From Candidatus Shapirobacteria bacterium (GTDB lineage Bacteria; Patescibacteriota; Microgenomatia; UBA12405): a stretch of 64,000 bases of DNA. The notes under the pieces were generated by a model, which did not search any database, was not told the DNA's origin, and saw nothing but the letters and a program-made list of their open reading frames with translations. The translations under genes and the position numbers were made by a program. The stretch spans positions 234,202 through 298,201 of the forward strand of contig JALHFY010000001.1 of NCBI GenBank assembly GCA_022837635.1, in the 5' to 3' direction. Each line of letters opens with the position of its first letter. The stretch's first letter is position 1. This document shows positions 28,677-37,931 of the stretch, in pieces.

Positions 28677-30285
28677 AATTTTTAATTTTAGTGTTGTTGG
28701 AACAGGACTGTTGGTTCCTTGGTTACTTTTCTTAAACAGATTTTTAATTCCCGATAATTCTTTTGATTCCATTAATTACCACTTATATTTAGGTTTTAAG
28801 TTTTTTCATCCGAAAAATAATTATTTGGAGTTTTATCCAACTGGTATACACAACTTTTCGTCGATTTTAGACATTCTGGGATATGTATTGATGAAAATAT
28901 TTGGTTATAGAATTGGCAGTATCGGATCACTTCTTTTTTTATATCTATCGATTTACTTAGTTTATAAATTATTAAAATTGTTTAAGGGAAAATATGATTT
29001 TTGGGGGCAATGGTGGTTTGGAATATTGTTTGTGAGCAGTTTTTTGTCTTTTGAATCTTTTTTACAAATTGCCACTTATTATGTGGATATTTCGGTAGCC
29101 TGTTTAATGTTGGCATCAACTTATTTTTTGTTTAAGTTTGAAAAGAAACAACAGGTGATTGATTTAGTTTTATCTGGATTATGTTTAGCTGTAGTGAGTT
29201 TGGGTAAAATGTCTGTTTGGTATTTTTGGCCGGTGTACTTTTTTTATTTGATATTTGTATTGCTTAAAAGAAAGAAAATAAGTTCAGCTAAAAAAAATAA
29301 ATATTTTTTAATTCCTGTATTGTGGTTAGTTTTATTTTTGTTGCCTGGATTTATAAAAAATTATACTCAAACTGGGAATCCGGTTTTTCCTTTTTATAAC
29401 GGGATATTCAAGTCAAAGTATTTTTCGGAGTCAAATTTTGCACAAGTAGTTTTTGGAGGACAGAATTTGAAGGAAAAAATCTTGTGGGGAATTTGTTCTA
29501 TCAAAAGTCCAGAGCGATTGGGGGAAGTTCATGATTTATTTAACGATTATAAAATTAATATTTATTTTATAGCGGTAATTTTTATATTGTTTTGGACTAG
29601 ATTAAAAAAAAGAAAGAATCTGTTTAAGGTGTCAATTTTTTATCTGACTTCTTTTTTGTGTTGGAGTGTGAGTTTTGGGTATTTGAGATATGCTTTGTTT
29701 TTGGAATTTTTAGGTGGAGGGTTAATCCTCTTATGGTTGAGTGAAATAGACAATAAATTTACTTGGTTGACTTTTCCGTTAATAGCGGTTCTGTTGTTAC
29801 AAGGAAAAAGAGTGGTTAATATGAGCTTAGCCTATGACATCAGCTTCAGACCAGGGTATTTTTATAACAGAGAGAGTTATCCTAAAGAGTATAAAAATTT
29901 TGGTAAAAATAAAATAGAATTTAAAAAAACAACAGATTTTAAACCTGATTATTATTTGAATTGTTCAACCCCTGGTATGACTTATTATGTTTTATCGGAC
30001 TTTAATAATTTACCGGTGAGAAATATTGATGTGAGAGCTTATTCTGATTTGACACAAAACAAGTATTACCAGGACAGAGTTGGTTTTAATGAAACAAAAT
30101 CCGAGGCAATCTATGTGACGATAGTGGGAAAAGATGGTTTAACGGATGAATATGAAAATTGTAAATCTAATCTAGAAAGGTATCGTTTTAAGATTTTAAG
30201 TGAGCAAAAAATAGATAATTTTTTGGGCTTTGAAAAGCAAAAACTTGTTTTGATATTTATTCAGATGCTAAACTCAGCTGAATGA
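28651..30285 (+). CDS. Large polytopic membrane protein with C-terminal extracytoplasmic domain, putative GT-C-type (lipid-carrier-dependent) glycosyltransferase
   Basis: 544 aa. About 11 TM helices in the first ~390 aa, then a ~150 aa soluble tail. Co-localised with two DPM1-like GT2 genes and a small membrane protein (GtrA/B/C-like module). No motif I can name with confidence. Confidence 0.35.
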   Translation: MRFWKKLIRIFNFSVVGTGLLVPWLLFLNRFLIPDNSFDSINYHLYLGFKFFHPKNNYLEFYPTGIHNFSSILDILGYVLMKIFGYRIGSIGSLLFLYLSIYLVYKLLKLFKGKYDFWGQWWFGILFVSSFLSFESFLQIATYYVDISVACLMLASTYFLFKFEKKQQVIDLVLSGLCLAVVSLGKMSVWYFWPVYFFYLIFVLLKRKKISSAKKNKYFLIPVLWLVLFLLPGFIKNYTQTGNPVFPFYNGIFKSKYFSESNFAQVVFGGQNLKEKILWGICSIKSPERLGEVHDLFNDYKINIYFIAVIFILFWTRLKKRKNLFKVSIFYLTSFLCWSVSFGYLRYALFLEFLGGGLILLWLSEIDNKFTWLTFPLIAVLLLQGKRVVNMSLAYDISFRPGYFYNRESYPKEYKNFGKNKIEFKKTTDFKPDYYLNCSTPGMTYYVLSDFNNLPVRNIDVRAYSDLTQNKYYQDRVGFNETKSEAIYVTIVGKDGLTDEYENCKSNLERYRFKILSEQKIDNFLGFEKQKLVLIFIQMLNSAE

Positions 30286-30956
30286 AAATTGTCATAGTGG
30301 TACCGGTGTATAATGAGGAGAAAAGGGTTGTAAATACAGTGAATGACATTTTAAGGGCAGATAAAAGTTCTCAAATTATTTTGGTTGATGATGGTTCCCG
30401 CGATAATTCTTATAAAATTTTAAAGAAGGCTTTTGGTAACAATAAAAGGGTGTCAATATTGCAACATATTATCAATCTGGGTAAGGGAGCGGCAATGAAA
30501 ACGGGAGTAAAAATGGCTTGGAAATTAAAATCAGATGGAGTTATTTTTATTGACTCTGATGGTCAACATAATCCTAAGCATTTACCTGAATTTAAAAAGG
30601 TTTTGAAAAAAAATGATTTAGTTTTTGGATATCGAAAATTAAATTCTGAAATGCCTTTCATTCGTAAATATGGCAACATTATCGCTAAAAAAATTATAGG
30701 AATTTTATTTAATGTCAAGAGAAGAGAATTTTTGTGTGGGTATCTAGGGTTTAGAAAATCGGTATATAAACAAATTAAGTGGCGATCAAATCGTTATGGA
30801 GTGGAGACAGAAATAGCGACAAAGGTGGGTAGAAATAAGTTGAAGTTTAGTGAAGTAGAAGTTGATACAATCTATATTGATAAATATAAAGGGGTATCGC
30901 TTTTTGATGCGATGAAAATATTAACCCAAATCCCCTATTGGTATTTTAGTAAATAA
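30282..30956 (+). CDS. GT2 polyprenyl-phosphate sugar synthase-like (DPM1/GtrB-type)
   Basis: MKIVIVVPVYNEEKRVVNTVNDIL...ILVDDGSRDNS...IFIDSDGQHNP (the DxDGQH..P region is typical of the DPM1/GtrB clade). Confidence 0.75.
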   Translation: MKIVIVVPVYNEEKRVVNTVNDILRADKSSQIILVDDGSRDNSYKILKKAFGNNKRVSILQHIINLGKGAAMKTGVKMAWKLKSDGVIFIDSDGQHNPKHLPEFKKVLKKNDLVFGYRKLNSEMPFIRKYGNIIAKKIIGILFNVKRREFLCGYLGFRKSVYKQIKWRSNRYGVETEIATKVGRNKLKFSEVEVDTIYIDKYKGVSLFDAMKILTQIPYWYFSK

Positions 30957-30962
30957 AAATTT

Positions 30963-31322
30963 ATGTCAATTGTAGGAGTTCAGTTAATCATCTTTGTATT
31001 TTCTTTTTTTATGTTGTACAACGTTTACTTATATTGGCGAAAGGGAGAAATAGGACTTCGAGGAGCGTTAATTTGGGTAATTATTTGGGGAGGACTTCTA
31101 ATAATTACATTTTTCCCAAAGTTTATTGAGCCATTAGTAAAAGAATTGTTTTTTGTGAGACTTTTTGATTTAGCGACTGTGGCGGCTTTGATTATTTTAG
31201 CTTATGTAATGTTTGAAAATCATGTAAGAATTAATAAACTTCAAAAACAAATATCGAAGATTGTTCAAAGAACAGCGGTTAAAAATGTATTAAAGAAGGT
31301 GAATGAGACAAAGAAAAAATGA
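30963..31322 (+). CDS. Small 3-TM membrane protein with basic coiled C-tail (DUF2304-like companion of DPM1-type GT2s; possible GtrA-like flippase role)
   Basis: 119 aa with three hydrophobic helices and a Lys-rich C-terminus. Immediately after a DPM1-like GT2, the position where DUF2304/GtrA-type proteins are found. Confidence 0.4.
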   Translation: MSIVGVQLIIFVFSFFMLYNVYLYWRKGEIGLRGALIWVIIWGGLLIITFFPKFIEPLVKELFFVRLFDLATVAALIILAYVMFENHVRINKLQKQISKIVQRTAVKNVLKKVNETKKK

Positions 31323-32136
31323 ATATGTAATTACTCCACCAAAGGGATTGGTAGATATTAATTTACCGGAGATTTGGCGTTATAAGGAATTACTATATAC
31401 TTTTACTTGGAGAGATATTAAAGTTCGCTATAAGCAAACAGTTTTAGGTATTGTCTGGGCAATATTTCAACCACTTTTTACTATGATTATTTTTACAGTT
31501 TTTTTTGGTAATTTAGCTAAAATTCCTTCAGATGGGGTTCCTTACCCAATTTTTGTTTATTCTGGCTTGTTGTTTTGGATATATTTTTCCAATTCTTTAA
31601 CAAATGCCAGTAATTGTATGGTGAATAATGAGGGAATAATTAAAAAAATTTATTTTCCGAGGTTATTATTGTCGATTAGTGCCATACTGACACCGGTTAT
31701 TGATTTTTGTTTTTCTTCTATAGTTTTTTTAGGGTTAATGATAGTTTTTAGGTTTGTACCTAATTTTTGGGGATTACTAATGGTGCCATTATTATTATTG
31801 ATTTCAATGGTGACTGCTTCTGGAATTGGCTTGTTTTTAACATCGGTAAATGTAAAATATCGAGATGTGCGTTATATTTTGCCGTTTTTTATTCAAATTT
31901 TAATGTTTATCACTCCAGTTATTTATCCTGTTAGTATAATTCCTGAGAACTATAAATGGTTGGCTTATTTTAATCCAATGACAGGTGTAATTAATTCAGC
32001 TAGGGTTTTGATTTTAGGTGGGGGAAATATTGATTGGGTGGGGATTTGTATTTCGATAATTGCGGCAATAATATATTTTATTTTAGGATTGATATATTTC
32101 AGAAAAACTGAAAGGTTTTTTGCGGATATCATTTAG
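31303..32136 (+). CDS. wzm: ABC-2 type polysaccharide/O-antigen export permease (Wzm/TagG-like)
   Basis: RYKQTVLGIVWAIFQPLFTMIIF ABC-2 signature, 6 TM, 277 aa. Confidence 0.8.
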   Translation: MRQRKNEYVITPPKGLVDINLPEIWRYKELLYTFTWRDIKVRYKQTVLGIVWAIFQPLFTMIIFTVFFGNLAKIPSDGVPYPIFVYSGLLFWIYFSNSLTNASNCMVNNEGIIKKIYFPRLLLSISAILTPVIDFCFSSIVFLGLMIVFRFVPNFWGLLMVPLLLLISMVTASGIGLFLTSVNVKYRDVRYILPFFIQILMFITPVIYPVSIIPENYKWLAYFNPMTGVINSARVLILGGGNIDWVGICISIIAAIIYFILGLIYFRKTERFFADII

Positions 32137-32141
32137 TTAAA

Positions 32142-33398
32142 ATGGCAAAACCAATAATAACAGTAGAAAATTTAAGTAAAAAATATGCTTTGGGTGAAAA
32201 GCAAAGTTTTTATACTTTACGCGATTCAATAAGTGGTTTTTTTGTTGGTAAAAAAAATAAAGAAGAGGAATTTTGGGCACTTAAAGATATTAATTTTGAA
32301 ATAAAACAAGGTGAATCAGTGGGAATAATTGGTCGAAATGGAGCGGGTAAAAGTACTTTACTAAAAATTTTATCACAAATTACTCCGCCTACTACGGGGA
32401 AAATTACAATGAGAGGTAGAGTTGCCTCTTTGTTGGAAGTGGGTACAGGTTTTCATCAAGAGTTGACAGGGAGAGAAAATATATTTTTGAATGGGGCAAT
32501 TTTGGGAATGTCGAGAGAAGAGGTAAAGAAGAAATTCGATGAAATTGTGGCGTTCTCTGAAATAGAGAAATTTTTAGATATGCCAGTAAAGCATTATTCT
32601 TCGGGAATGTATATGAGATTGGCTTTTGCAGTAGCGGCGCATTTAGAATCAGAGATTTTAATTGTAGATGAGGTATTGGCTGTAGGTGACGCTCAGTTTC
32701 AAAAAAAATGTTTGGGTAAAATGGATGAGGTAGCAAAGAAAGAAGGACGAACAGTTTTGTTTGTAAGTCATAATATGGGGGCTATAAAGAGCTTATGTTC
32801 TAGAAGTATGATTATTGAAAAAGGAAAAATAGAGCTAATTGGAGAGTCAGAGAAGGTTGTACGTCAGTATATAAATGAATCAAACAATTATTCAAAAAAT
32901 AATTCAATTCATTATGACAAGCTAGTATATATTGAAAATGTTGAAATTTTAAGTTCAGAGGGTTATCAGAAGTCTAGTTTTTTAACAACAGAAGATGTTC
33001 ATGTTAAAGTTAATTTTGTTGTTAAAGAGGCTCTGAAATTAGGAAATTATTGTGGGTTAATTATTTTGGATGAATTTCAAAATATATTGATAATGGCTTA
33101 TGATATTGACAGTAATAGTAAGTATTATAAATTTAGACCTCCTGGAAAATATGAGGTAACTTTTACTATAGGAAAAAATATTCTTAATGAACAGGTTGTG
33201 AATTTAAATGTAGTTTGTGGAATTCCTTTGAAATACAACAATAGTCCGTATAAAAATTTATATTTTGATTCTTGGACTGGAATTAGTTTCCGTTTATATA
33301 ACACTAATAGTTTTTCTAGGGATTATTTTGGAGGACAAAGATCTGGTGTTATGCTTTTAAAAATTAATAGTCAGGTTAAGTGTCGGAAAATCGAATAA
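32142..33398 (+). CDS. wzt: ABC transporter ATP-binding protein Wzt/TagH-like with C-terminal ~170 aa beta-rich extension (Wzt_C-type carbohydrate-binding domain candidate)
   Basis: Walker A GIIGRNGAGKSTLLKIL, signature YSSGMYMRLAFA, Walker B ILIVDEVLAVGD, H-loop VSHN. Residues ~245-418 form an extra domain absent from the second transporter ATPase at 46000-46821. Confidence 0.8.
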   Translation: MAKPIITVENLSKKYALGEKQSFYTLRDSISGFFVGKKNKEEEFWALKDINFEIKQGESVGIIGRNGAGKSTLLKILSQITPPTTGKITMRGRVASLLEVGTGFHQELTGRENIFLNGAILGMSREEVKKKFDEIVAFSEIEKFLDMPVKHYSSGMYMRLAFAVAAHLESEILIVDEVLAVGDAQFQKKCLGKMDEVAKKEGRTVLFVSHNMGAIKSLCSRSMIIEKGKIELIGESEKVVRQYINESNNYSKNNSIHYDKLVYIENVEILSSEGYQKSSFLTTEDVHVKVNFVVKEALKLGNYCGLIILDEFQNILIMAYDIDSNSKYYKFRPPGKYEVTFTIGKNILNEQVVNLNVVCGIPLKYNNSPYKNLYFDSWTGISFRLYNTNSFSRDYFGGQRSGVMLLKINSQVKCRKIE

Positions 33399-34822
33399 TG
33401 AAAAGAAAATACTTGATTATAATAGCGGGTTGGCATTTCAATTTGTCTGATTTTTATTTGAGTTTATTGGATATTTCAAAAAAAAATCAAGTTGATTTTT
33501 TTATCTCATCCCACAAAGATTTCTCGGAAATAGATAATAAAATTATGGAGTGTATTAAAAACATACCTAGATGTGAAATTGTGAGTTTTGAGAATGAAGG
33601 ATTTGATTGGGGAATATATTCCCAAGCGTTATCGTATTTAGGAGAAAGAATATTTGACTATGAGTATATTTGTTTTATGCACGATGATATTGAAATAAAG
33701 GATTCTAATTTTTTAAATATATTTTCGAAATATATAAGCGATAATAATTTCATGGTTTTGGGTAATTGTAAGAACTCTGTTAATCAAAATTTTACAAGAT
33801 CTCATCCACATGTAATACGTTGGTTGAAAAGTGATTATCACATAGTGTTAAAAAACAAAAAATGGAATACTGTTAGGGGAAGTTGTTTTATGGTTGTACC
33901 AGAAATATTTAAGAAAATAAAGGTTTTGCCATATAAAAAAGGAGATAATTCTGGATTTGGAAATTGGAGTGTTATTGCTTTTGGAGGTATTGTGACTGAT
34001 TTATATGGAAAAAATAGTATCGGCACAATAAGCAACAAACAATTAAAGTCTGATTATATTATTGAATATGAAAGAGGTTTTTCAAGTAAAAGTGTTCAGA
34101 GTGAAATAAGGGAAATCTCAAAAAATGTAAACTCTTTGCTTTATAGATTAAAAGAAGTTGGTTATTCGATTCGGAGATATTATGTGGATAAATTCTTTTT
34201 TGAAAACATTAAATATTTTAATAAAAATGATAGGATCTTGGACGTTGGTGGAAAAAAAATAAACAAGCGAGGATATTTTGATATTGAAAAATATCCTCTA
34301 AAGACTAGTTATTTAAATTTAGATAAATCGACAAAACCAGATTTGTTAGCTGATGCTGCAAATATTCCAACAAAAAATAATTTTTATGATGGAATAGTTT
34401 TGGGAGAAGTTATGGAGCATGTTTCAGAACCTGAAACTGTTTTAAGGGAATGTATCAGAGTACTTAAATCAAAGGGTAAAATTATTATTACTGTCCCTTT
34501 TATGTATCCAATTCATGCTGATCCTTATGATTATGGACGATATACCTTGACTTATTGGAAAAGAATGTTTGACAGGTGTGGTCTAAAGGTATTGGTTGTA
34601 ACCAATCATGGAACATACTTTGCGGTTTTAGCAAATATGTTTAAATTAGGAATTAATGAAATGTTTCAGAAACCGCAAAGATTATTAAGAAAAAAATTCT
34701 TAAACTCATTAATGATTATTGTTATAAAAATATTAATGTATTTTGATGATAAGTTTTCTAAATCGCGAAATTGGTTAATTTCAGGATCTACTACGGGTTA
34801 TGGTTTTGTATTAGAGAAATAG
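33380..34822 (+). CDS. Two-domain protein: N-terminal RgpF (rhamnan synthesis F)-like domain fused to C-terminal class I SAM methyltransferase
   Basis: N-terminus KYLIIIAGWHFNLSDFYLSLL..VDFFISSHK resembles the RgpF-family start (kiav.vHlyY.dl..e..yl...fdlyiTt). C-terminus ILDVGGKKIN..(motif I-like)..GIVLGEVMEHVSEPE..LKSKGKIIITVP (MT motifs). Overlaps the wzt stop by 19 nt. Confidence 0.55.
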   Translation: MSENRIMKRKYLIIIAGWHFNLSDFYLSLLDISKKNQVDFFISSHKDFSEIDNKIMECIKNIPRCEIVSFENEGFDWGIYSQALSYLGERIFDYEYICFMHDDIEIKDSNFLNIFSKYISDNNFMVLGNCKNSVNQNFTRSHPHVIRWLKSDYHIVLKNKKWNTVRGSCFMVVPEIFKKIKVLPYKKGDNSGFGNWSVIAFGGIVTDLYGKNSIGTISNKQLKSDYIIEYERGFSSKSVQSEIREISKNVNSLLYRLKEVGYSIRRYYVDKFFFENIKYFNKNDRILDVGGKKINKRGYFDIEKYPLKTSYLNLDKSTKPDLLADAANIPTKNNFYDGIVLGEVMEHVSEPETVLRECIRVLKSKGKIIITVPFMYPIHADPYDYGRYTLTYWKRMFDRCGLKVLVVTNHGTYFAVLANMFKLGINEMFQKPQRLLRKKFLNSLMIIVIKILMYFDDKFSKSRNWLISGSTTGYGFVLEK

Positions 34823-34848
34823 ATTATTGGCGTTATTGAGGTAAGAAG

Positions 34849-35910
34849 ATGAAATTTTTATCTAGAGACAATAGAAAAAATAATATAATAAAAATAGGTT
34901 GGGTGGTATATGAGTCCTGGGTTAATGGAGTTAGGTCTGTAAAATCTTTTAAGGATGTTGTATCAGAAATTAGGTGTAAAAATATTCTATTGGAATTGAA
35001 TAGACATAATAGATTTTTTAATGAGATTTACGATTCGAGTAAAAAATATGATTTGGTTGTTTTTGTAAAAGTTATGGATGAAGAATGTCAATTTGAAGTA
35101 AAAAAAATTAAAGAATATGGAGGGAAGGTGATATTTGATGCCAATGTGAATTATTTTGAGATTTGGGGGGATTATTTTATTGAAGGTACAAAACCAACTG
35201 CATTACAAAACAAAAATTCTATAAAAATGGCAAGTATTTGTGACTGTGTAATTGGAGATTCAGAATACATTACCAAGATTGCTTCAAAATATTCTAAGAA
35301 AACTGTTTGTATTCCAGATTCGGTTGATATGGCTTTGTATAGTGGTCAAGTTAGTTATCTAGATAAAAAAATGATTAGATTAATTTGGAGTGGTGTTAGC
35401 AAGAAATCCTTACATTTTTATGAGATAATTCCGGTTTTGTCTAAAATTTCAAAAGAGTTTAGTGTTCAATTAACTTTAGTTTCAGATAGGAAACCAGAGA
35501 TTTTTAATGAGATTTCACAAGTGATAAATACTAAATGGATTAAGTTTAGTCATAGAAAGTATATTTCCAAATTATTAGCATCAGATATTATTATTTCGCC
35601 TAAAAGATTAATAAATGGGTATGAATTAGGACATACTGAATACAAGATAACTCTTGGTATGGCGCTTGGTTTGCCTGCGATTGCTAGTCCTCAATTATCG
35701 TACGTTAATGCGTTACGATATGGTGGTGGTATTATTGCTTCAACTGAAACTGAATGGTATCTTGCATTAAGAAAACTTATATCTTCATCTATGCTTAGAG
35801 AAAAGATGGGAATTAAAGCTAAAAATACTGTGAAAAAATATTATAGTCTTACTATTATTCTTAAAAAATATGTTGATTTATTTAATGATTTATTGAGATA
35901 TGGAGAGTAG
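34849..35910 (+). CDS. Putative glycosyltransferase (GT-B-like C-terminal domain)
   Basis: 353 aa. C-terminal GMALGLPAIASPQLSYVNALRYGGGIIASTETEW resembles GT-B donor-binding helix regions. Weak. Confidence 0.35.
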   Translation: MKFLSRDNRKNNIIKIGWVVYESWVNGVRSVKSFKDVVSEIRCKNILLELNRHNRFFNEIYDSSKKYDLVVFVKVMDEECQFEVKKIKEYGGKVIFDANVNYFEIWGDYFIEGTKPTALQNKNSIKMASICDCVIGDSEYITKIASKYSKKTVCIPDSVDMALYSGQVSYLDKKMIRLIWSGVSKKSLHFYEIIPVLSKISKEFSVQLTLVSDRKPEIFNEISQVINTKWIKFSHRKYISKLLASDIIISPKRLINGYELGHTEYKITLGMALGLPAIASPQLSYVNALRYGGGIIASTETEWYLALRKLISSSMLREKMGIKAKNTVKKYYSLTIILKKYVDLFNDLLRYGE

Positions 35911-36850
35911 AATTTTTAAGTATTTTAATAGAAAATTATTAGGTGAAAAGATTTCATTTTTTCATGAGTTTAGACCAGCACCGTATGGTGGTTCAAATTC
36001 TTTTTTTATTGCTTTGAAAGGTTATCTTGAATCAAGAGGTATTTTAGTGGATGTTAATTTGGTAAAAAGAAATACTGAAGTGGTTCTACTTAACGCATTT
36101 TTATTTGATGAAAAAAAATTAGAAAATTATAAAAACCGGTATCCTGATATTAAAATTATTCATAGAATTGATGGCCCAGTAAGTGCTCATCGAGCGATAG
36201 AATTAGATATAGACAGACAGTTATTAGAGTTAAATACTAAATTTGCTGATAGAACAATTATTCAATCAGAATACAGTAAAAAAAAGAGTGAAGATTTAGG
36301 ATTATTTTTTAAAAATCCAGTTGTTATACATAATGCCGCAAACCCTTTATTTTTTAATCGAAATGATAAAAGTAAATTTAATAAAGATAAGGTTAAGATT
36401 ATTGCTTCAAGTTGGTCTGATAATAGAAAAAAAGGTGCTGAAGTATATAGATGGCTTGAGAATGAATTAGATTGGAGTGTATATGAATTTACTTTTGTAG
36501 GTAGATTACCAATTAAATTAAAAAGGGCAAAACATATTGATGCTTGCCCTCCTGAAGAATTGTCAAGATATCTTAAAAATAGCGACATATATATTACTGC
36601 TTCTGAAAATGATTCTTGTTCAAATTCATTAATTGAGGCATTAAGTTGTGGTTTACCAGCGATATATTTAAATTCTGGCGGTCATCCTGAAATTGTGAAA
36701 AATGCAGGTATTGGCTTTAGTAAAAATGAAGAGATTATAGGTGCTCTAGATAAGATTAGACAAAATTATTATTTTTACCAGAATAATATTGAGGTATTAG
36801 GAATGGAACAAGTTGCAAAAAAGTATTTAGATGTTATGTTTCAAGAGTGA
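35900..36850 (+). CDS. Glycosyltransferase, GT4-like
   Basis: C-terminal NSLIEALSCGLPAIYLNSGGHPEIVKNAGIGF (GT4 E-x7-E-like). Confidence 0.55.
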   Translation: MESRIFKYFNRKLLGEKISFFHEFRPAPYGGSNSFFIALKGYLESRGILVDVNLVKRNTEVVLLNAFLFDEKKLENYKNRYPDIKIIHRIDGPVSAHRAIELDIDRQLLELNTKFADRTIIQSEYSKKKSEDLGLFFKNPVVIHNAANPLFFNRNDKSKFNKDKVKIIASSWSDNRKKGAEVYRWLENELDWSVYEFTFVGRLPIKLKRAKHIDACPPEELSRYLKNSDIYITASENDSCSNSLIEALSCGLPAIYLNSGGHPEIVKNAGIGFSKNEEIIGALDKIRQNYYFYQNNIEVLGMEQVAKKYLDVMFQE

Positions 36851-37920
36851 TTTTAACTATTCTAAAAAAAATATATAGAGTATTTAATATTTTTGAGATT
36901 TTTCTAAAAAGAATTACTCTTGAGAAGAGAAGCAACTTTGTTTTATTTTTTGCAAATACCGAAACTAGGCCAGGGAGTGTTTACGGGGGTTGTGTTAAGT
37001 TGTTTCATTTAAGAGATAGTTTTGATATAGACAACTCACGATTTAATATTTTATACTTAGTAAGTAGCTGTCTTCCTGTGAATCCTTTATTTTGGATAAG
37101 AAAGGTGAAGTCGCGAGGGATTAAAACTATTTTAAATCAAAACGGTGTTGGTTATCCTGCTTGGGCTGGAAAAAATTATTGCAAAGTAAATAATGAACTT
37201 AAAAAAATAATTCATGCGTGTGATGGTGTGTTATATCAGAGTAAGTTTTGTAAAAGAAGTGCTGATAAATATCTAGGTGTTTTTAATGGTCCATATAAGA
37301 TAGTTTATAACTGTGTTGATGATAATTTATTTAAACCAGAAAATACGAAAAAGGATAAAGATTTAATTTTGCTTGTTATGGGTAGTCATCATTTTCGAGA
37401 GAGAGTTGTTTTACCAATTATGGTTTTAAGTAAATTGTTGGAATCGGGAGTTAAATCAAAACTAATTATTGGTGGAAGATTATTATGGCCTGATGCAAAG
37501 AATGATGTAAAAAAACTAGTTAATAAACTTAATTTGGGTAGTTCAGTTGTTGTGATGGGGTCATATACCCAGGAAGAAGCTGTAGTTTTATACAATAAGG
37601 CTCATATATTGATTCATCTTCAATACAATGATGCTTCTCCTACAGTTCCTATAGAAGCAATGTCTTGTGGTGTTCCAGTAATATGTAGTGATTCTGGTGG
37701 TTTACCTGAAATTGTGAAAGACGGGTGTGGAGAACTAATAAGAGTTAGACATAGTTATCAAAAAATGTATTACCCAAGTGTAAATAGTATTGTAAAATCG
37801 ATTCGTATAATTATGAAGTCTTATAGTAGGTATTGTGATAATTGTCGGAAGACGGTTCTTTCGGAGTTTTGTAAAGATAAGTGGATAAAGGAACATGAAG
37901 AATTTTTTGATAAATTATAA
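36847..37920 (+). CDS. Glycosyltransferase family 4
   Basis: PIEAMSCGVPVICSDSGGLPEIVKDGCGELI, 357 aa. Confidence 0.7.
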   Translation: MILTILKKIYRVFNIFEIFLKRITLEKRSNFVLFFANTETRPGSVYGGCVKLFHLRDSFDIDNSRFNILYLVSSCLPVNPLFWIRKVKSRGIKTILNQNGVGYPAWAGKNYCKVNNELKKIIHACDGVLYQSKFCKRSADKYLGVFNGPYKIVYNCVDDNLFKPENTKKDKDLILLVMGSHHFRERVVLPIMVLSKLLESGVKSKLIIGGRLLWPDAKNDVKKLVNKLNLGSSVVVMGSYTQEEAVVLYNKAHILIHLQYNDASPTVPIEAMSCGVPVICSDSGGLPEIVKDGCGELIRVRHSYQKMYYPSVNSIVKSIRIIMKSYSRYCDNCRKTVLSEFCKDKWIKEHEEFFDKL

Positions 37921-37931
37921 GATGTACATTT

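Noticed and set aside
28651-28720. N-terminus of the 544 aa membrane protein (KKLIRIFNFSVVGTGLLV) resembles the GtrA-family start motif, suggesting a GtrA-GT-C fusion
   Set aside because: The similarity covers ~15 residues of a generic amphipathic TM start. The rest of the protein does not have the 4-TM GtrA layout. This is most likely coincidence.
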